29,442 bases of DNA from a virus (lineage: Duplodnaviria; Heunggongvirae; Uroviricota; Caudoviricetes): IMG/VR virus record IMGVR_UViG_2529292882_000006, positions 1-29,442 of that record; one strand, given 5' to 3'. How positions within the stretch are numbered: position 1 is the stretch's first letter; every line of letters begins with the position of its first letter. This document shows, in pieces, positions 1-7,830 of the stretch. The notes under the pieces were generated by a model, which was not told the DNA's origin, made no database searches, and saw only the letters and a list, made by a program, of their open reading frames with translations. The translations under genes and the position numbers were made by a program.

Positions 1-120
1 GCACGCTATACAGGAAGCACATTCCGGCGAGGAGAAGCAACGATTAAGCCGGGTAATGGTATTGAGCAGGCAACTCACTGGATGCCGCTACCGGAACCAC
101 CGCAGGAGCTGAATCGATGA
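1..120 (+). CDS. 3' end of an unidentified upstream gene (partial, runs off window start)
   Basis: One + frame is open from base 1 to TGA at 118-120, and that stop overlaps the ATG at 117 (ATGA). A second + frame is open to 110-112, so the coding frame is not certain. Confidence 0.25.
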   Translation, partial: ARYTGSTFRRGEATIKPGNGIEQATHWMPLPEPPQELNR

Positions 121-200
121 CCTGGCCTGAAGCATTCACAACGGTAGGAATTGCGATGGCGGTGGCGCTGGTGGTGTATTCGATTTGCCGCTGGGGATAA
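117..200 (+). CDS. 27-aa hydrophobic peptide (MTWPEAFTTVGIAMAVALVVYSICRWG), single predicted TM helix
   Basis: AGGAG at 104-108 sits 8 nt upstream of ATG 117. ATGA overlap with the upstream frame. A strong intrinsic terminator follows directly. Below the length cut-off of the ORF track. Confidence 0.35.
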   Translation: MTWPEAFTTVGIAMAVALVVYSICRWG

Positions 201-205
201 CAAAC

Positions 206-235
206 AAAAACCCCGGATTGATGGTCCGGGGTTTT
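206..235. terminator. Bidirectional rho-independent terminator
   Basis: 7-bp stem CCCCGGA (211-217) / TCCGGGG (225-231) with a 7-nt loop, A-run on the 5' side and T-run on the 3' side. It lies between the convergent + peptide and the minus-strand operon. Confidence 0.6.
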
Positions 236-256
236 GCTATTCATGGTGAATTTTTA

Positions 257-574
257 TTAACAGATTGACTGAATTCCGTTTTTCTCAACCACAGAAAGCA
301 AGCGAAGGGCAGGGCCACCAGGACGCTTTATTCCCCTTTCCCAGTCTGAAATGAGGTTTTTACTGACATTAAGATATCTGGCGGAAACAGGTTGAGACAG
401 ATGCTCGCGCTCGCGAAGTGCCCGGATTCTTTCTGGCGACATTGTTGGCGCTGGTTGCAGACAGGGTTCATCAAACTCTCTCATAGTTTGTTTTGTTACT
501 GCGCCAATATCCTGAAGTGACTCCATCATTTCATGTACGGATGCAAGCGCATCACTGCGGTAATTTTTACTCAT
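257..574 (-). CDS. HTH-domain protein, XRE/HigA2-YiaG-like putative antitoxin or regulator (105 aa from ATG 574; the ORF is open to TTG 610)
   Basis: C-terminal helix-turn-helix segment (...SQPVSARYLNVSKNLISDWERGIKRPGGPALRLL...). Lies immediately downstream of parE on the same strand. Start codon is ambiguous, with no clear SD for either candidate. Confidence 0.55.
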   Translation of the reverse strand: MSKNYRSDALASVHEMMESLQDIGAVTKQTMREFDEPCLQPAPTMSPERIRALREREHLSQPVSARYLNVSKNLISDWERGIKRPGGPALRLLSVVEKNGIQSIC

Positions 575-628
575 TGCTTTACATCTGTAAGAGACGGGCG
601 ATTGACGCAAATTAGTGGAAGCAGGAAC

Positions 629-928
629 TTATAAAAAGTCGGTTTCATAGTTTTGTCCGCCATAGTAGACGCCAGCGATAAAGACTTTGTTGCCATCAAC
701 AGCAAAAGCAATGATCGTTCTGTGGCGGAAGTGAGTTACCCGCATTCCCTGGCGAATATCATCGCGTTTATTGCCCCGATGTGGGAATGTAGAAAACCCA
801 TCAAGATAATCAAGAAGCGCATTGGCATAATTGTCAGCAATGACGCTTCCTGCTTTCTCCGTTATATATCTGTGCAGGTTTATTATCTGCTGTTCGGCCT
901 CGGGGGTAATGATGACTTCATATGTCAT
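629..928 (-). CDS. parE: ParE/RelE-fold type II toxin
   Basis: 99 aa, with a ParE-like N-terminus (MTYEVIITPEAEQQIINLHRYI...) and C-terminal ...RVTHFRHRTIIAFAVDGNKVFIAGVYYGG. Separated by 5 nt from the upstream RHH antitoxin gene. Confidence 0.7.
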   Translation of the reverse strand: MTYEVIITPEAEQQIINLHRYITEKAGSVIADNYANALLDYLDGFSTFPHRGNKRDDIRQGMRVTHFRHRTIIAFAVDGNKVFIAGVYYGGQNYETDFL

Positions 929-933
929 GCAGA

Positions 934-1191
934 TTACTTCCCGGATCGAATCGCGGCGCGAACCTGTGAAATGGAGCGTCCGTTGTTTGGATTTTCGCGG
1001 ATAGAATCAAGAGAGGGGGCGGCTGAATGCGTTAACCACGCTTCGATTGCTTTATCGCGCTCATTCAGTGCGCGAAGCCCTTCACGAATGACCTCGCTTT
1101 CTGAAGCATAGGCACCGGAAGCCACACGGGCGCGCACCATGTCAGCCATCTCGTTAGTTAATGTAATGCTGAATTGTTGGGTTGTACGCAT
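934..1191 (-). CDS. parD: ParD-family (RHH, COG3609-like) antitoxin
   Basis: ATG at 1191 with GAGG 6 nt upstream. Product MRTTQQFSITLTNEMADMVRARVASGAYASESEVIREGLRAL... matches the ParD signature. The ORF track's longer form begins at a TTG at 1254. Confidence 0.7.
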   Translation of the reverse strand: MRTTQQFSITLTNEMADMVRARVASGAYASESEVIREGLRALNERDKAIEAWLTHSAAPSLDSIRENPNNGRSISQVRAAIRSGK

Positions 1192-1260
1192 GGTAAACCT
1201 CACGGAGTAGGATAGAACACTATTTGATGATAGCACGCTGCCTGTTGACGACAACAGAAA
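1192..1260 (-). promoter_or_regulatory. Putative parDE promoter/operator
   Basis: On the minus strand, TTGTCG (-35-like), a 16-nt spacer, then TATCAT (-10-like). Inverted repeat CTGTTG-N4-CAACAG at 1242-1257 overlaps the -35, a typical arrangement for RHH autoregulation. Confidence 0.3.
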
Positions 1261-1326
1261 TCAGAGACAATATTGCCGCTCGCCAGCTTGAACAACTGGC
1301 ACCTGCTGCGCCAGCAGAGAAAACAG

Positions 1327-1599
1327 ATGGCGCACAAGACCAAATTACACAATTCTGATACCGTTCGTGCCAGCAGGCACGGGCGGTGTTCTCACACATT
1401 CAAATATGACTGGTATCAGCATGACCCCTGCACTGAAGAACAGGCCGAATGGCTGATTCAGAACTACCGCAGACGTGGGTATGAGTTTAGGAAAGCCCTC
1501 AGCCTCGATTATCGTCACTGGATAATCTACGTCAGACTCCCTTATTCCGAACGCCCACCGCGTCCGTCCCGCACATTCCAGCAACGCATCTGGAGGTAA
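1327..1599 (+). CDS. Hypothetical nin-region protein (about 90 aa from ATG 1327; the frame is open from TTG 1273)
   Basis: Stop at 1597-1599 is 2 nt before the next gene's start, suggesting translational coupling into the DUF968-RusA-Q gene string. No family recognised. Confidence 0.35.
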   Translation: MAHKTKLHNSDTVRASRHGRCSHTFKYDWYQHDPCTEEQAEWLIQNYRRRGYEFRKALSLDYRHWIIYVRLPYSERPPRPSRTFQQRIWR

Positions 1600-1600
1600 T

Positions 1601-2659
1601 GTGAGGGTATTAGTGACTCCTGAAATTGCTCACCGTCTGGGGATTGTACTTTTCAGGCCTGGTCCTGATGCGATGCCTTTGTTTATGCAGGGGCGTGTGC
1701 TGGTGGAGCCGGAACCAAAAAGCATGCGCGGTCTGCCGTCCGGGGTCGTTCCTGCCGTTCGCCAGCCGCTGGCGGAGGATAAATCATTACTGCCATTTTT
1801 CAGTGATGAGAGGGTGATTCGCGCTGCTGGCGGTGCTGGTGCACTGTCTGACTGGCTATTGCGCCACGTTAAATCCTGCCAGTGGCCTCATGGTGACTAC
1901 CATCACAGCGAAACCGTCATACATCGTTACGGTACTGGCGCGATGGTACTGTGCTGGCACTGCGACAACCAGCTGCGCGACCAGACCTCCGAATCACTGG
2001 AACATCTGGCTCAACAAAACCTGGCAGCATGGATGATTGACGTCATCCGTCACGCAATGAATGGCACACAGGAGCGGGAATTATCGCTGGCTGAATTATC
2101 CTGGTGGGCGGTCTGTAATCAGGTGGCGGACGCGCTACCGGAGGCAGTATTACGTCGTTCTCTGGGATTGCGTGCGGAAAAAATCCACTCGGTGTATCGC
2201 GAAAGCGACATCGTACCGGGAGAGCAGACCGCCACCAGCATACTAAAGCAGTGCACAAAAAATATTGCGTTACCGCCTCACGTCCACCAGCAACAGAACT
2301 CACCACAGGAAAAGACGGCGGTCAGCATTGCCGTTGATCCGGATTCTCCGGCTCAGTATCTCCAGCGCCAGAAACCACAACGGGAAGAGATGCCTCTATA
2401 CACGCGTTGGGTAAAAACGCAGAAATGCATGACGTGTGGCAATCAGGCAGATGATCCGCATCACATCATTGGTCATGGACTGGGAGGGATGGGAACAAAG
2501 GCTGACGATTTGTTTGTTATTCCGCTGTGCCGTAAATGCCATAACGAACTACACGCCGGGGTAAAAGATTTTGAAGAAAAACACGGCAGCCAGCTGTTGT
2601 TGCTGATTCGTTTTTTAATGCACGCGAGAAATTCAGGTGTCCTGAAGTGGAAAGCATAA
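1601..2659 (+). CDS. DUF968/YdfU-like nin-region protein with C-terminal Cys/His HNH-like motif
   Basis: 352-aa ORF. C-terminus CMTCGNQADDPHHIIGHGLGG...VIPLCRKCHNELH resembles an HNH/zinc-binding motif. Position just upstream of rusA and Q is typical for this family in lambdoid prophages. Start is GTG at 1601 or 1613. Confidence 0.55.
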   Translation: MRVLVTPEIAHRLGIVLFRPGPDAMPLFMQGRVLVEPEPKSMRGLPSGVVPAVRQPLAEDKSLLPFFSDERVIRAAGGAGALSDWLLRHVKSCQWPHGDYHHSETVIHRYGTGAMVLCWHCDNQLRDQTSESLEHLAQQNLAAWMIDVIRHAMNGTQERELSLAELSWWAVCNQVADALPEAVLRRSLGLRAEKIHSVYRESDIVPGEQTATSILKQCTKNIALPPHVHQQQNSPQEKTAVSIAVDPDSPAQYLQRQKPQREEMPLYTRWVKTQKCMTCGNQADDPHHIIGHGLGGMGTKADDLFVIPLCRKCHNELHAGVKDFEEKHGSQLLLLIRFLMHARNSGVLKWKA

Positions 2660-3040
2660 ATGACTGAAAGCATAGAATTTGTTTTGCCTTACCCGCCAAC
2701 GGTGAACACCTACTGGCGACGTCGTGGCAGCACATATTTTGTATCAAAAGCAGGGGAGCGTTATCGCCGGGATGTGGCGCTTATTGTTCGCCAGCAGCGG
2801 CTGAAATTAAACCTGTCCGGAAGGCTGGCAATAAAAATTACTGCAGAGCCGCCGGATAAGCGCCGTCGTGACCTGGACAATATTCTGAAAGCACCACTGG
2901 ATGCGCTGACGCATGCGGGACTGCTTATCGATGACGAGCAGTTTGATGAAATCAATATTGTGCGCGGTCAGGTCGTTCCTGGTGGTCGGCTGGGCGTGAA
3001 GATTTACGAAATAATGCATGACGGGCAGGTCCAAAAATGA
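2660..3040 (+). CDS. rusA: RusA Holliday junction resolvase
   Basis: 126 aa with ...LPYPPTVNTYWRRRG... and the catalytic-region motif DKRRRDLDNILKAPLDALTHAGLLIDDEQ, matching RusA. ATG directly follows the upstream stop. Confidence 0.85.
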   Translation: MTESIEFVLPYPPTVNTYWRRRGSTYFVSKAGERYRRDVALIVRQQRLKLNLSGRLAIKITAEPPDKRRRDLDNILKAPLDALTHAGLLIDDEQFDEINIVRGQVVPGGRLGVKIYEIMHDGQVQK

Positions 3041-3858
3041 AACTGGAAGATTTACCGAAATACTATTCCCCGAAATCGCCAGGCCTGACTGATGCATCCG
3101 CCTCGACATCAAAAGATGCACTGAGTATCACTGATGTGATGGCTGCACAGGGCATGACACAGAACCGGGCTGAGATGGGATTTTCTGCGTTCCTGGGGAA
3201 AATGGGCATTAGTATGAACGACAGGGCGCGGGCAACAGAATTACTGGCAGATTATGCATTAAGTCAGTGCGATCGCGTGGCGGCGTTAAGAAAACTTCCG
3301 GCAGAAATAAAACCGGCAGTGATGCGCATTATGGCTTCGTATGCTTTTGAGGATTATGCCCGCAGTGCAGCGAGTAAAAAGCAGTGTTCTTGTTGCCGTG
3401 GGGAAAAATTTATTGAAAGCGAAGTTTTTACAAACAAGGTTCAGTATCCGGATGGTAAGCCGCCAGTATGGGCAAAGTGCACAAAAGGCGTGTATCCGTC
3501 TTATTGGGAAGAATGGAAAAAAATCCGGGAGGTGGTGAAAGTTTCCTGTCCTGAATGTAAAGGGAAGGGGGAGATTTCCACTGCCTGTAAAGACTGCCGT
3601 GGGCGTGGTGTAGCCATTCATCGTGAAGAGTCAGAAAAACGGGGTATGCCTGTTATCAGGGACTGCCAGCGTTGTGGCGGTCGTGGCTATGAAAGACAGC
3701 CGTCGACGGAGGCATTTAATGCCATACGCAAAGTGACGAGTGCTATCACGCTTGATACGTGGAAAAAATCAGTGAAACGCTTTTACGATACGTTGGTGGT
3801 TCGGTTTGACATTGAAGAGGCATGGGCGGAGCGGCAGTTAAAGAGGGTAACGCGATAG
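3037..3858 (+). CDS. Lambda-type late antiterminator Q
   Basis: N-terminus ...YSPKSPGLTD...SITDVMAAQGM... and C-terminus ...TLDTWKKSVKRFYDTLVV... parallel lambda Q; Cys-rich zinc-binding region present. ATGA overlap with the rusA stop. Confidence 0.85.
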   Translation: MKLEDLPKYYSPKSPGLTDASASTSKDALSITDVMAAQGMTQNRAEMGFSAFLGKMGISMNDRARATELLADYALSQCDRVAALRKLPAEIKPAVMRIMASYAFEDYARSAASKKQCSCCRGEKFIESEVFTNKVQYPDGKPPVWAKCTKGVYPSYWEEWKKIREVVKVSCPECKGKGEISTACKDCRGRGVAIHREESEKRGMPVIRDCQRCGGRGYERQPSTEAFNAIRKVTSAITLDTWKKSVKRFYDTLVVRFDIEEAWAERQLKRVTR

Positions 3859-3863
3859 TGTTG

Positions 3864-3903
3864 TTGATTTTTCCCGAATCTGTGGTAAATTCACCCTAAC
3901 GAT
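3864..3903 (+). promoter_or_regulatory. PR'-like late promoter with qut-type pause element
   Basis: TTGATT (3864-3869), 16-nt spacer, extended -10 TGgTAAATT (3883-3891), then AACGAT (3898-3903) at about +1 to +6, matching the sigma70-dependent pause element used by lambda Q. Confidence 0.55.
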
Positions 3904-3938
3904 GGGCGTTTTATGCCTGACGTTAGAAGAATTTTTAC

Positions 3939-3965
3939 AACCCGCCACCGAGCGGGTTTTTTATT
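3939..3965 (+). terminator. tR'-like intrinsic terminator (would release a short 6S-like transcript without Q)
   Basis: Stem CCCGC (3941-3945) / GCGGG (3952-3956), followed by TTTTTTATT. Confidence 0.6.
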
Positions 3966-4086
3966 GCCTGAAAAACGGCACAGGACGTTAAACGCGCTGG
4001 TGGTTGCGAATACCGGTCTTTCAACTTGCTGGCTTTTTCGACAAGAGTTATTGGTATGTCACGTTAACCGGAAAAGGGGAAAAGAC

Positions 4087-4284
4087 ATGCTAAAACAGCA
4101 GGATATGACCGAAACCGCCAGAGTGGTGTTTAATGAATTAAGCGTCACCGAACCGGCGACCGTCGGGGAAATTGCGCAGAATACTTACCTTTCACGCGAA
4201 CGTTGCCAGTTAATACTGACCCAGCTTGTTATGGCGGGTCTGGCAGATTATCAGTTCGGTTGTTACAGACGCCTTCCGCAGTGA
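4087..4284 (+). CDS. Small protein (65 aa) with HTH-like segment
   Basis: GGGGA 8 nt upstream of ATG 4087. Sequence MLKQQDMTETARVVFNELSVTEPATVGEIAQNTYLSRERCQLILTQLVMAGL... has helix-turn-helix character. The longer ORF-track version from 3913 would span the terminator and is not used. Confidence 0.4.
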   Translation: MLKQQDMTETARVVFNELSVTEPATVGEIAQNTYLSRERCQLILTQLVMAGLADYQFGCYRRLPQ

Positions 4285-4434
4285 AGGCTTTTTAATTTGT
4301 GGTAATGGGCGGCTGGTGGGTGTTAGCGGCACCTATCAGCCATCTGCTCATGCGTTGGGGTCACAAGCAAACCTCAGGCCCATCTGCTTTGCGCAAAAGC
4401 GGAATGAGCCTATCAGAGAAGTGCTTATTGATCT

Positions 4435-5481
4435 ATGGCTAATACTGTAAAAATATCCAGTTGTGAGTTAATCAACGCTGATTGCCTGGAATTTATCCAG
4501 ACCTTACCGGAAAACTCTGTCGATCTGATAGTCACAGACCCGCCATACTTTAAAGTGAAACCCGAAGGCTGGGATAACCAGTGGAAGGGCGACGATGATT
4601 ACCTGAAATGGCTGGATCAGTGTCTGGCGCAATTCTGGCGGGTACTGAAACCTGCCGGAAGTCTCTACCTGTTCTGTGGTCATCGCCTGGCATCTGATAT
4701 CGAAATCATGATGCGTCAGCGCTTTAATGTGCTGAATCACATTATCTGGGCGAAGCCGTCCGGGCGCTGGAACGGGTGTAACAAGGAAAGCCTGCGGGCG
4801 TATTTCCCGGCAACAGAACGCATTCTGTTTGCTGAACATTATCAGGGACCATATCAGCCCAAAAATGACGGCTATGCGGCAAAGGGGCGCGAGCTAAAAC
4901 AGCACGTCATGGCCCCGCTGATTTCTTACTTTCGTGATGCGCGTGAATCACTGGGGATAACGTCGAAACAGATAGCGGAAGCCACCGGAAAGAAAAACAT
5001 GGCTTCGCACTGGTTTGGTATCAGTCAGTGGCAGTTACCGAACGAGGGTGATTACAACAAATTGCAGGCGTTGTTTGCGCGTGTTGCGGCAGAAAAACAT
5101 CAGCGCGGGGAACTGGAAAAGCCACACCACCAGCTGGTCAGCACATACAGTGAACTGAACCGTCAATACGCCAGCCTGCTGGAAGAGTACAAATCTTTGC
5201 GACGTTATTTTTCCGTATCAGCTGCCGTTCCGTATACGGATGTCTGGACGCACAGGCCCGTGCAGTATTATCCGGGCAAACATCCCTGTGAAAAACCAGC
5301 CGATATGTTGCGCCAGATAATTACTGCCAGCAGCCGTCCGGGTGATTTGGTTGCTGATTTTTTCATGGGCTCAGGCTCAACAATAAAAGCGGCACTTTCA
5401 CTGGGACGCCGTGCGATTGGCGTGGAACTGGAAGAAGAGAGATTTAATCAGACTGTAACTGAAATAAAAAATAATCGTTAA
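4435..5481 (+). CDS. Orphan DNA methyltransferase, N6-adenine/N4-cytosine class (DPPY motif)
   Basis: 348 aa with DPPY (motif IV) near the N-terminus and FFMGSGST (motif I) near the C-terminus, i.e. beta-class permutation. No restriction endonuclease gene adjacent. Confidence 0.85.
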   Translation: MANTVKISSCELINADCLEFIQTLPENSVDLIVTDPPYFKVKPEGWDNQWKGDDDYLKWLDQCLAQFWRVLKPAGSLYLFCGHRLASDIEIMMRQRFNVLNHIIWAKPSGRWNGCNKESLRAYFPATERILFAEHYQGPYQPKNDGYAAKGRELKQHVMAPLISYFRDARESLGITSKQIAEATGKKNMASHWFGISQWQLPNEGDYNKLQALFARVAAEKHQRGELEKPHHQLVSTYSELNRQYASLLEEYKSLRRYFSVSAAVPYTDVWTHRPVQYYPGKHPCEKPADMLRQIITASSRPGDLVADFFMGSGSTIKAALSLGRRAIGVELEEERFNQTVTEIKNNR

Positions 5482-5650
5482 ATATGCATTTAATAATTTC
5501 TTTATTTTATAAAAAATAAAAACATATACCTATATTTACAAATCTTGATGTAATTTTCCATTGAAAAGAGAGCTGGTATTATTAATATCGGTCTCCGGTT
5601 CCGAAGGGGATGTAAAGCGCGGTCATTTTTATTTCTCTTGAGGAACCAAT

Positions 5651-5726
<76 letters not shown>

Positions 5727-5729
5727 TAT

Positions 5730-5804
<75 letters not shown>

Positions 5805-6073
5805 GCAGAGGACGATAGATACTAGGTTGTGTTAGGCACTGACACATTTTATGTGGGGCGTTTTTCCTGACTCCTTACCTCGCCCTGTACTGTAATGAGT
5901 GATATCGGTTGCAGCACCAGTGCCGTTTTTTACGCCACCGGAATGGTGCATTATTGGTAGAGATTTGCAATGTCTCTGGCAGGGGCCGATGATGCATCAT
6001 TCTGGTGTTGTAAATAACACCATGACATTGAGATTAATCATATATTAAGCAAAACCTGGAAACACATCCTTAA

Positions 6074-6098
6074 CCGCCTCCACCAGGCGGTTTTTTTT
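6074..6098 (+). terminator. Intrinsic terminator
   Basis: Stem CCGCCT (6074-6079) / AGGCGG (6085-6090), loop CCACC, followed by T8. Confidence 0.55.
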
Positions 6099-6421
6099 AT
6101 TCTTAATTCGAAAAAAAGAAAACACGGACACTGATAATGTCCGTGCGGCAATGCCATGTAAGTCAGCGATGAATATGGCGCAAAAAAAGCGCGGCTGTCG
6201 GATTAACGCCGCGGGACAAAGTCCGTGAAGAAGAATAAGTATCGATCTCCTTCCGGAGACGAGTTGATATTACTAAGCTTTAAAAATGGTTTAAATCCTC
6301 AGATTGACCTTAATTTCCGGTAAGTCTTATTTCATTTTCTCCGCGCTACCTCCGGCGCACATCACATCAGATAACACCACACAAAAGGCATCTGCAGGTG
6401 CCTTTGACGGGGTGTTTTTAT

Positions 6422-6443
6422 GGGCCGCTGGTGGCCCTTTTTT
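6422..6443 (+). terminator. Terminator-like hairpin immediately upstream of the lysis genes
   Basis: Stem GGGCC (6422-6426) / GGCCC (6433-6437), loop GCTGGT, then TTTTTT. It lies 20 nt before the RBS of the first lysis gene. Confidence 0.4.
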
Positions 6444-6462
6444 ATTTACAGGAGAAAAAAGT

Positions 6463-6855
6463 ATGTCTGAACCCTTATCCGGTTCCGGCACGGCTGTGGC
6501 GCTCGGCGGGGCGACGGTATTCGGGCTGTTTACCGGAACGGATTTCGGGATTGTGTTTGGTGCGTTCGCCGGGGCGTTATTTGTGGCAACGATGCCACAG
6601 GCGCTTTCAGCCTGGCGTGTGGCGGCGCATTTTCTGGTGTCGTTCATTATCGGCGTGCTGGGCGCAGAGGTTCTGGCATCCTGGCTGGTAAAGCATACAG
6701 GGTTTGACGGTGCGCCTGTCGACGCACTGTGTGCAGTGCTGGTGTCAGTGGTGTCGGTGAAGATTCTCTCGTTCATCCACCAGCAGGATATTGCATCGCT
6801 GGTGTCCGGCCTGTTCTCCCGCCTGCGGGGTGGAGGAGGCGGCAATGTTAAGTAA
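6463..6855 (+). CDS. Putative holin (multi-TM membrane protein, 130 aa)
   Basis: GGAG 7 nt upstream of ATG 6463. Gly/Ala-rich hydrophobic segments with a charged C-terminal tail (...SRLRGGGGGNVK). First gene of the cassette that ends with the endolysin. Confidence 0.45.
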   Translation: MSEPLSGSGTAVALGGATVFGLFTGTDFGIVFGAFAGALFVATMPQALSAWRVAAHFLVSFIIGVLGAEVLASWLVKHTGFDGAPVDALCAVLVSVVSVKILSFIHQQDIASLVSGLFSRLRGGGGGNVK

Positions 6856-7123
6856 CCTTCCCGGATTGCTGAATGTGGCGTTATGCACGGTTATCGTGCT
6901 GACGCTCTTTTTTTATCGTCGCCGTGATTCCAGACATAAACCGCTGATGTCATGGCTGGCCTGGCTGCTGATGCTGCTGTATGCCTTTGCGCCCCTCAGC
7001 TATCTGTGTGGTCGCCCGTTAGCAACGGGCTGGCTGGAAGTGTTTTTTAACCTGCTGTTCTGCGTGCTGGTGATACGCGCACGCGGGAACGTCACAAGAA
7101 TCTTTCCATTGTTGAGGCACTGA
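6845..7123 (+). CDS. Putative second holin/antiholin membrane protein (92 aa)
   Basis: ATG 6845 overlaps the end of the upstream gene. Three hydrophobic segments with Arg-rich loops. Its stop at 7121-7123 is 1 nt before the endolysin ATG. Confidence 0.4.
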   Translation: MLSNLPGLLNVALCTVIVLTLFFYRRRDSRHKPLMSWLAWLLMLLYAFAPLSYLCGRPLATGWLEVFFNLLFCVLVIRARGNVTRIFPLLRH

Positions 7124-7124
7124 G

Positions 7125-7670
7125 ATGAAATCAAAGGACGTCATTTTTGATGAAATCCTCGGAAAAGAGGGTGGCTACGTCAATCATCCGGACGATAAAG
7201 GTGGGCCGACAAAATGGGGTATTACAGAAAAAGTCGCCCGCGCTCACGGATATCGCGGCGATATGCGTGACCTGACGCGCGGGCAGGCGCTGGAAATACT
7301 CGAGGCGGATTACTGGTTCGGACCACGTTTTGACCAGGTCGCCGCATTATCCCCTGATATTGCTGCAGAGTTGTGTGATACCGGTGTGAATATGGGGCCG
7401 TCCGTAGCATCGAAAATGCTCCAACGCTGGCTGAACGTTTTCAACCTGCAAGGCAAATTGTTCCCGGATATGGACGCAGACGGGCGTATCGGCCCCCGCA
7501 CGATTAATGCACTACGGACTTATCTGCAAAAACGCGGCAAAGACGGCGAACTGGTGATGCTGAAGGCGCTGAATTGCACGCAGGGTGACCGCTATCTGGA
7601 GCTGGCAGAAAAACGCGAGGCCAACGAGTCGTTTGTCTACGGCTGGATGAAAGAGCGCGTAGCAGTTTAA
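7125..7670 (+). CDS. Endolysin, GH108 N-acetylmuramidase with PG_binding_3-type domain
   Basis: N-terminal signature ILGKEGGYVNHPDDKGGPTKWGIT, which is the GH108 motif, plus a C-terminal peptidoglycan-binding-like region. No signal peptide. Confidence 0.8.
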   Translation: MKSKDVIFDEILGKEGGYVNHPDDKGGPTKWGITEKVARAHGYRGDMRDLTRGQALEILEADYWFGPRFDQVAALSPDIAAELCDTGVNMGPSVASKMLQRWLNVFNLQGKLFPDMDADGRIGPRTINALRTYLQKRGKDGELVMLKALNCTQGDRYLELAEKREANESFVYGWMKERVAV

Positions 7671-7763
7671 AAACTGACGCTGAAGTGCTGAACACCCTCA
7701 ACTCATGCTGGCTCTTTTCTGGGGCTACGATGAGCGAAAGTAAGGGGCATAGCATCAGATAGC

Positions 7764-7800
7764 AAAAACCCCGGCTGCGGTAACAGTCCGGGGTTTTCTG
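7764..7800 (+). terminator. Intrinsic terminator after the endolysin
   Basis: A-run, then stem CCCCGG (7769-7774) / CCGGGG (7788-7793), then TTTTCTGTTTCT. Confidence 0.55.
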
Positions 7801-7830
7801 TTTCTGGCCTTGGGTAAGGCAAAGGAGAAC

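Noticed and set aside
44-244. 66-aa minus-strand ORF at the window start
   Set aside because: It reads straight through the bidirectional terminator hairpin (206-235) and is antisense to the RBS-bearing 27-aa + strand gene. No SD. Likely a frame artefact.
1345-1584. 79-aa minus-strand ORF overlapping the 1327-1599 + gene
   Set aside because: The + strand frame is translationally coupled to the downstream DUF968-rusA-Q string. The minus frame has no SD and would collide with that operon.
3913-4284. 123-aa version of the ORF downstream of Q
   Set aside because: The long form would start inside the PR' leader and span the tR' terminator. The internal ATG at 4087 with a GGGGA SD gives a far more plausible 65-aa gene.
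5805-6060. A third tRNA downstream of tRNA-Gly
   Set aside because: No T-loop (GTTCGA-type) or matching acceptor stem could be found by eye. Only two tRNAs are supported.
6304-6855. 183-aa extended version of the first lysis-cassette ORF
   Set aside because: The upstream extension covers a terminator-like hairpin and has no SD. ATG 6463 with GGAG is the credible start.
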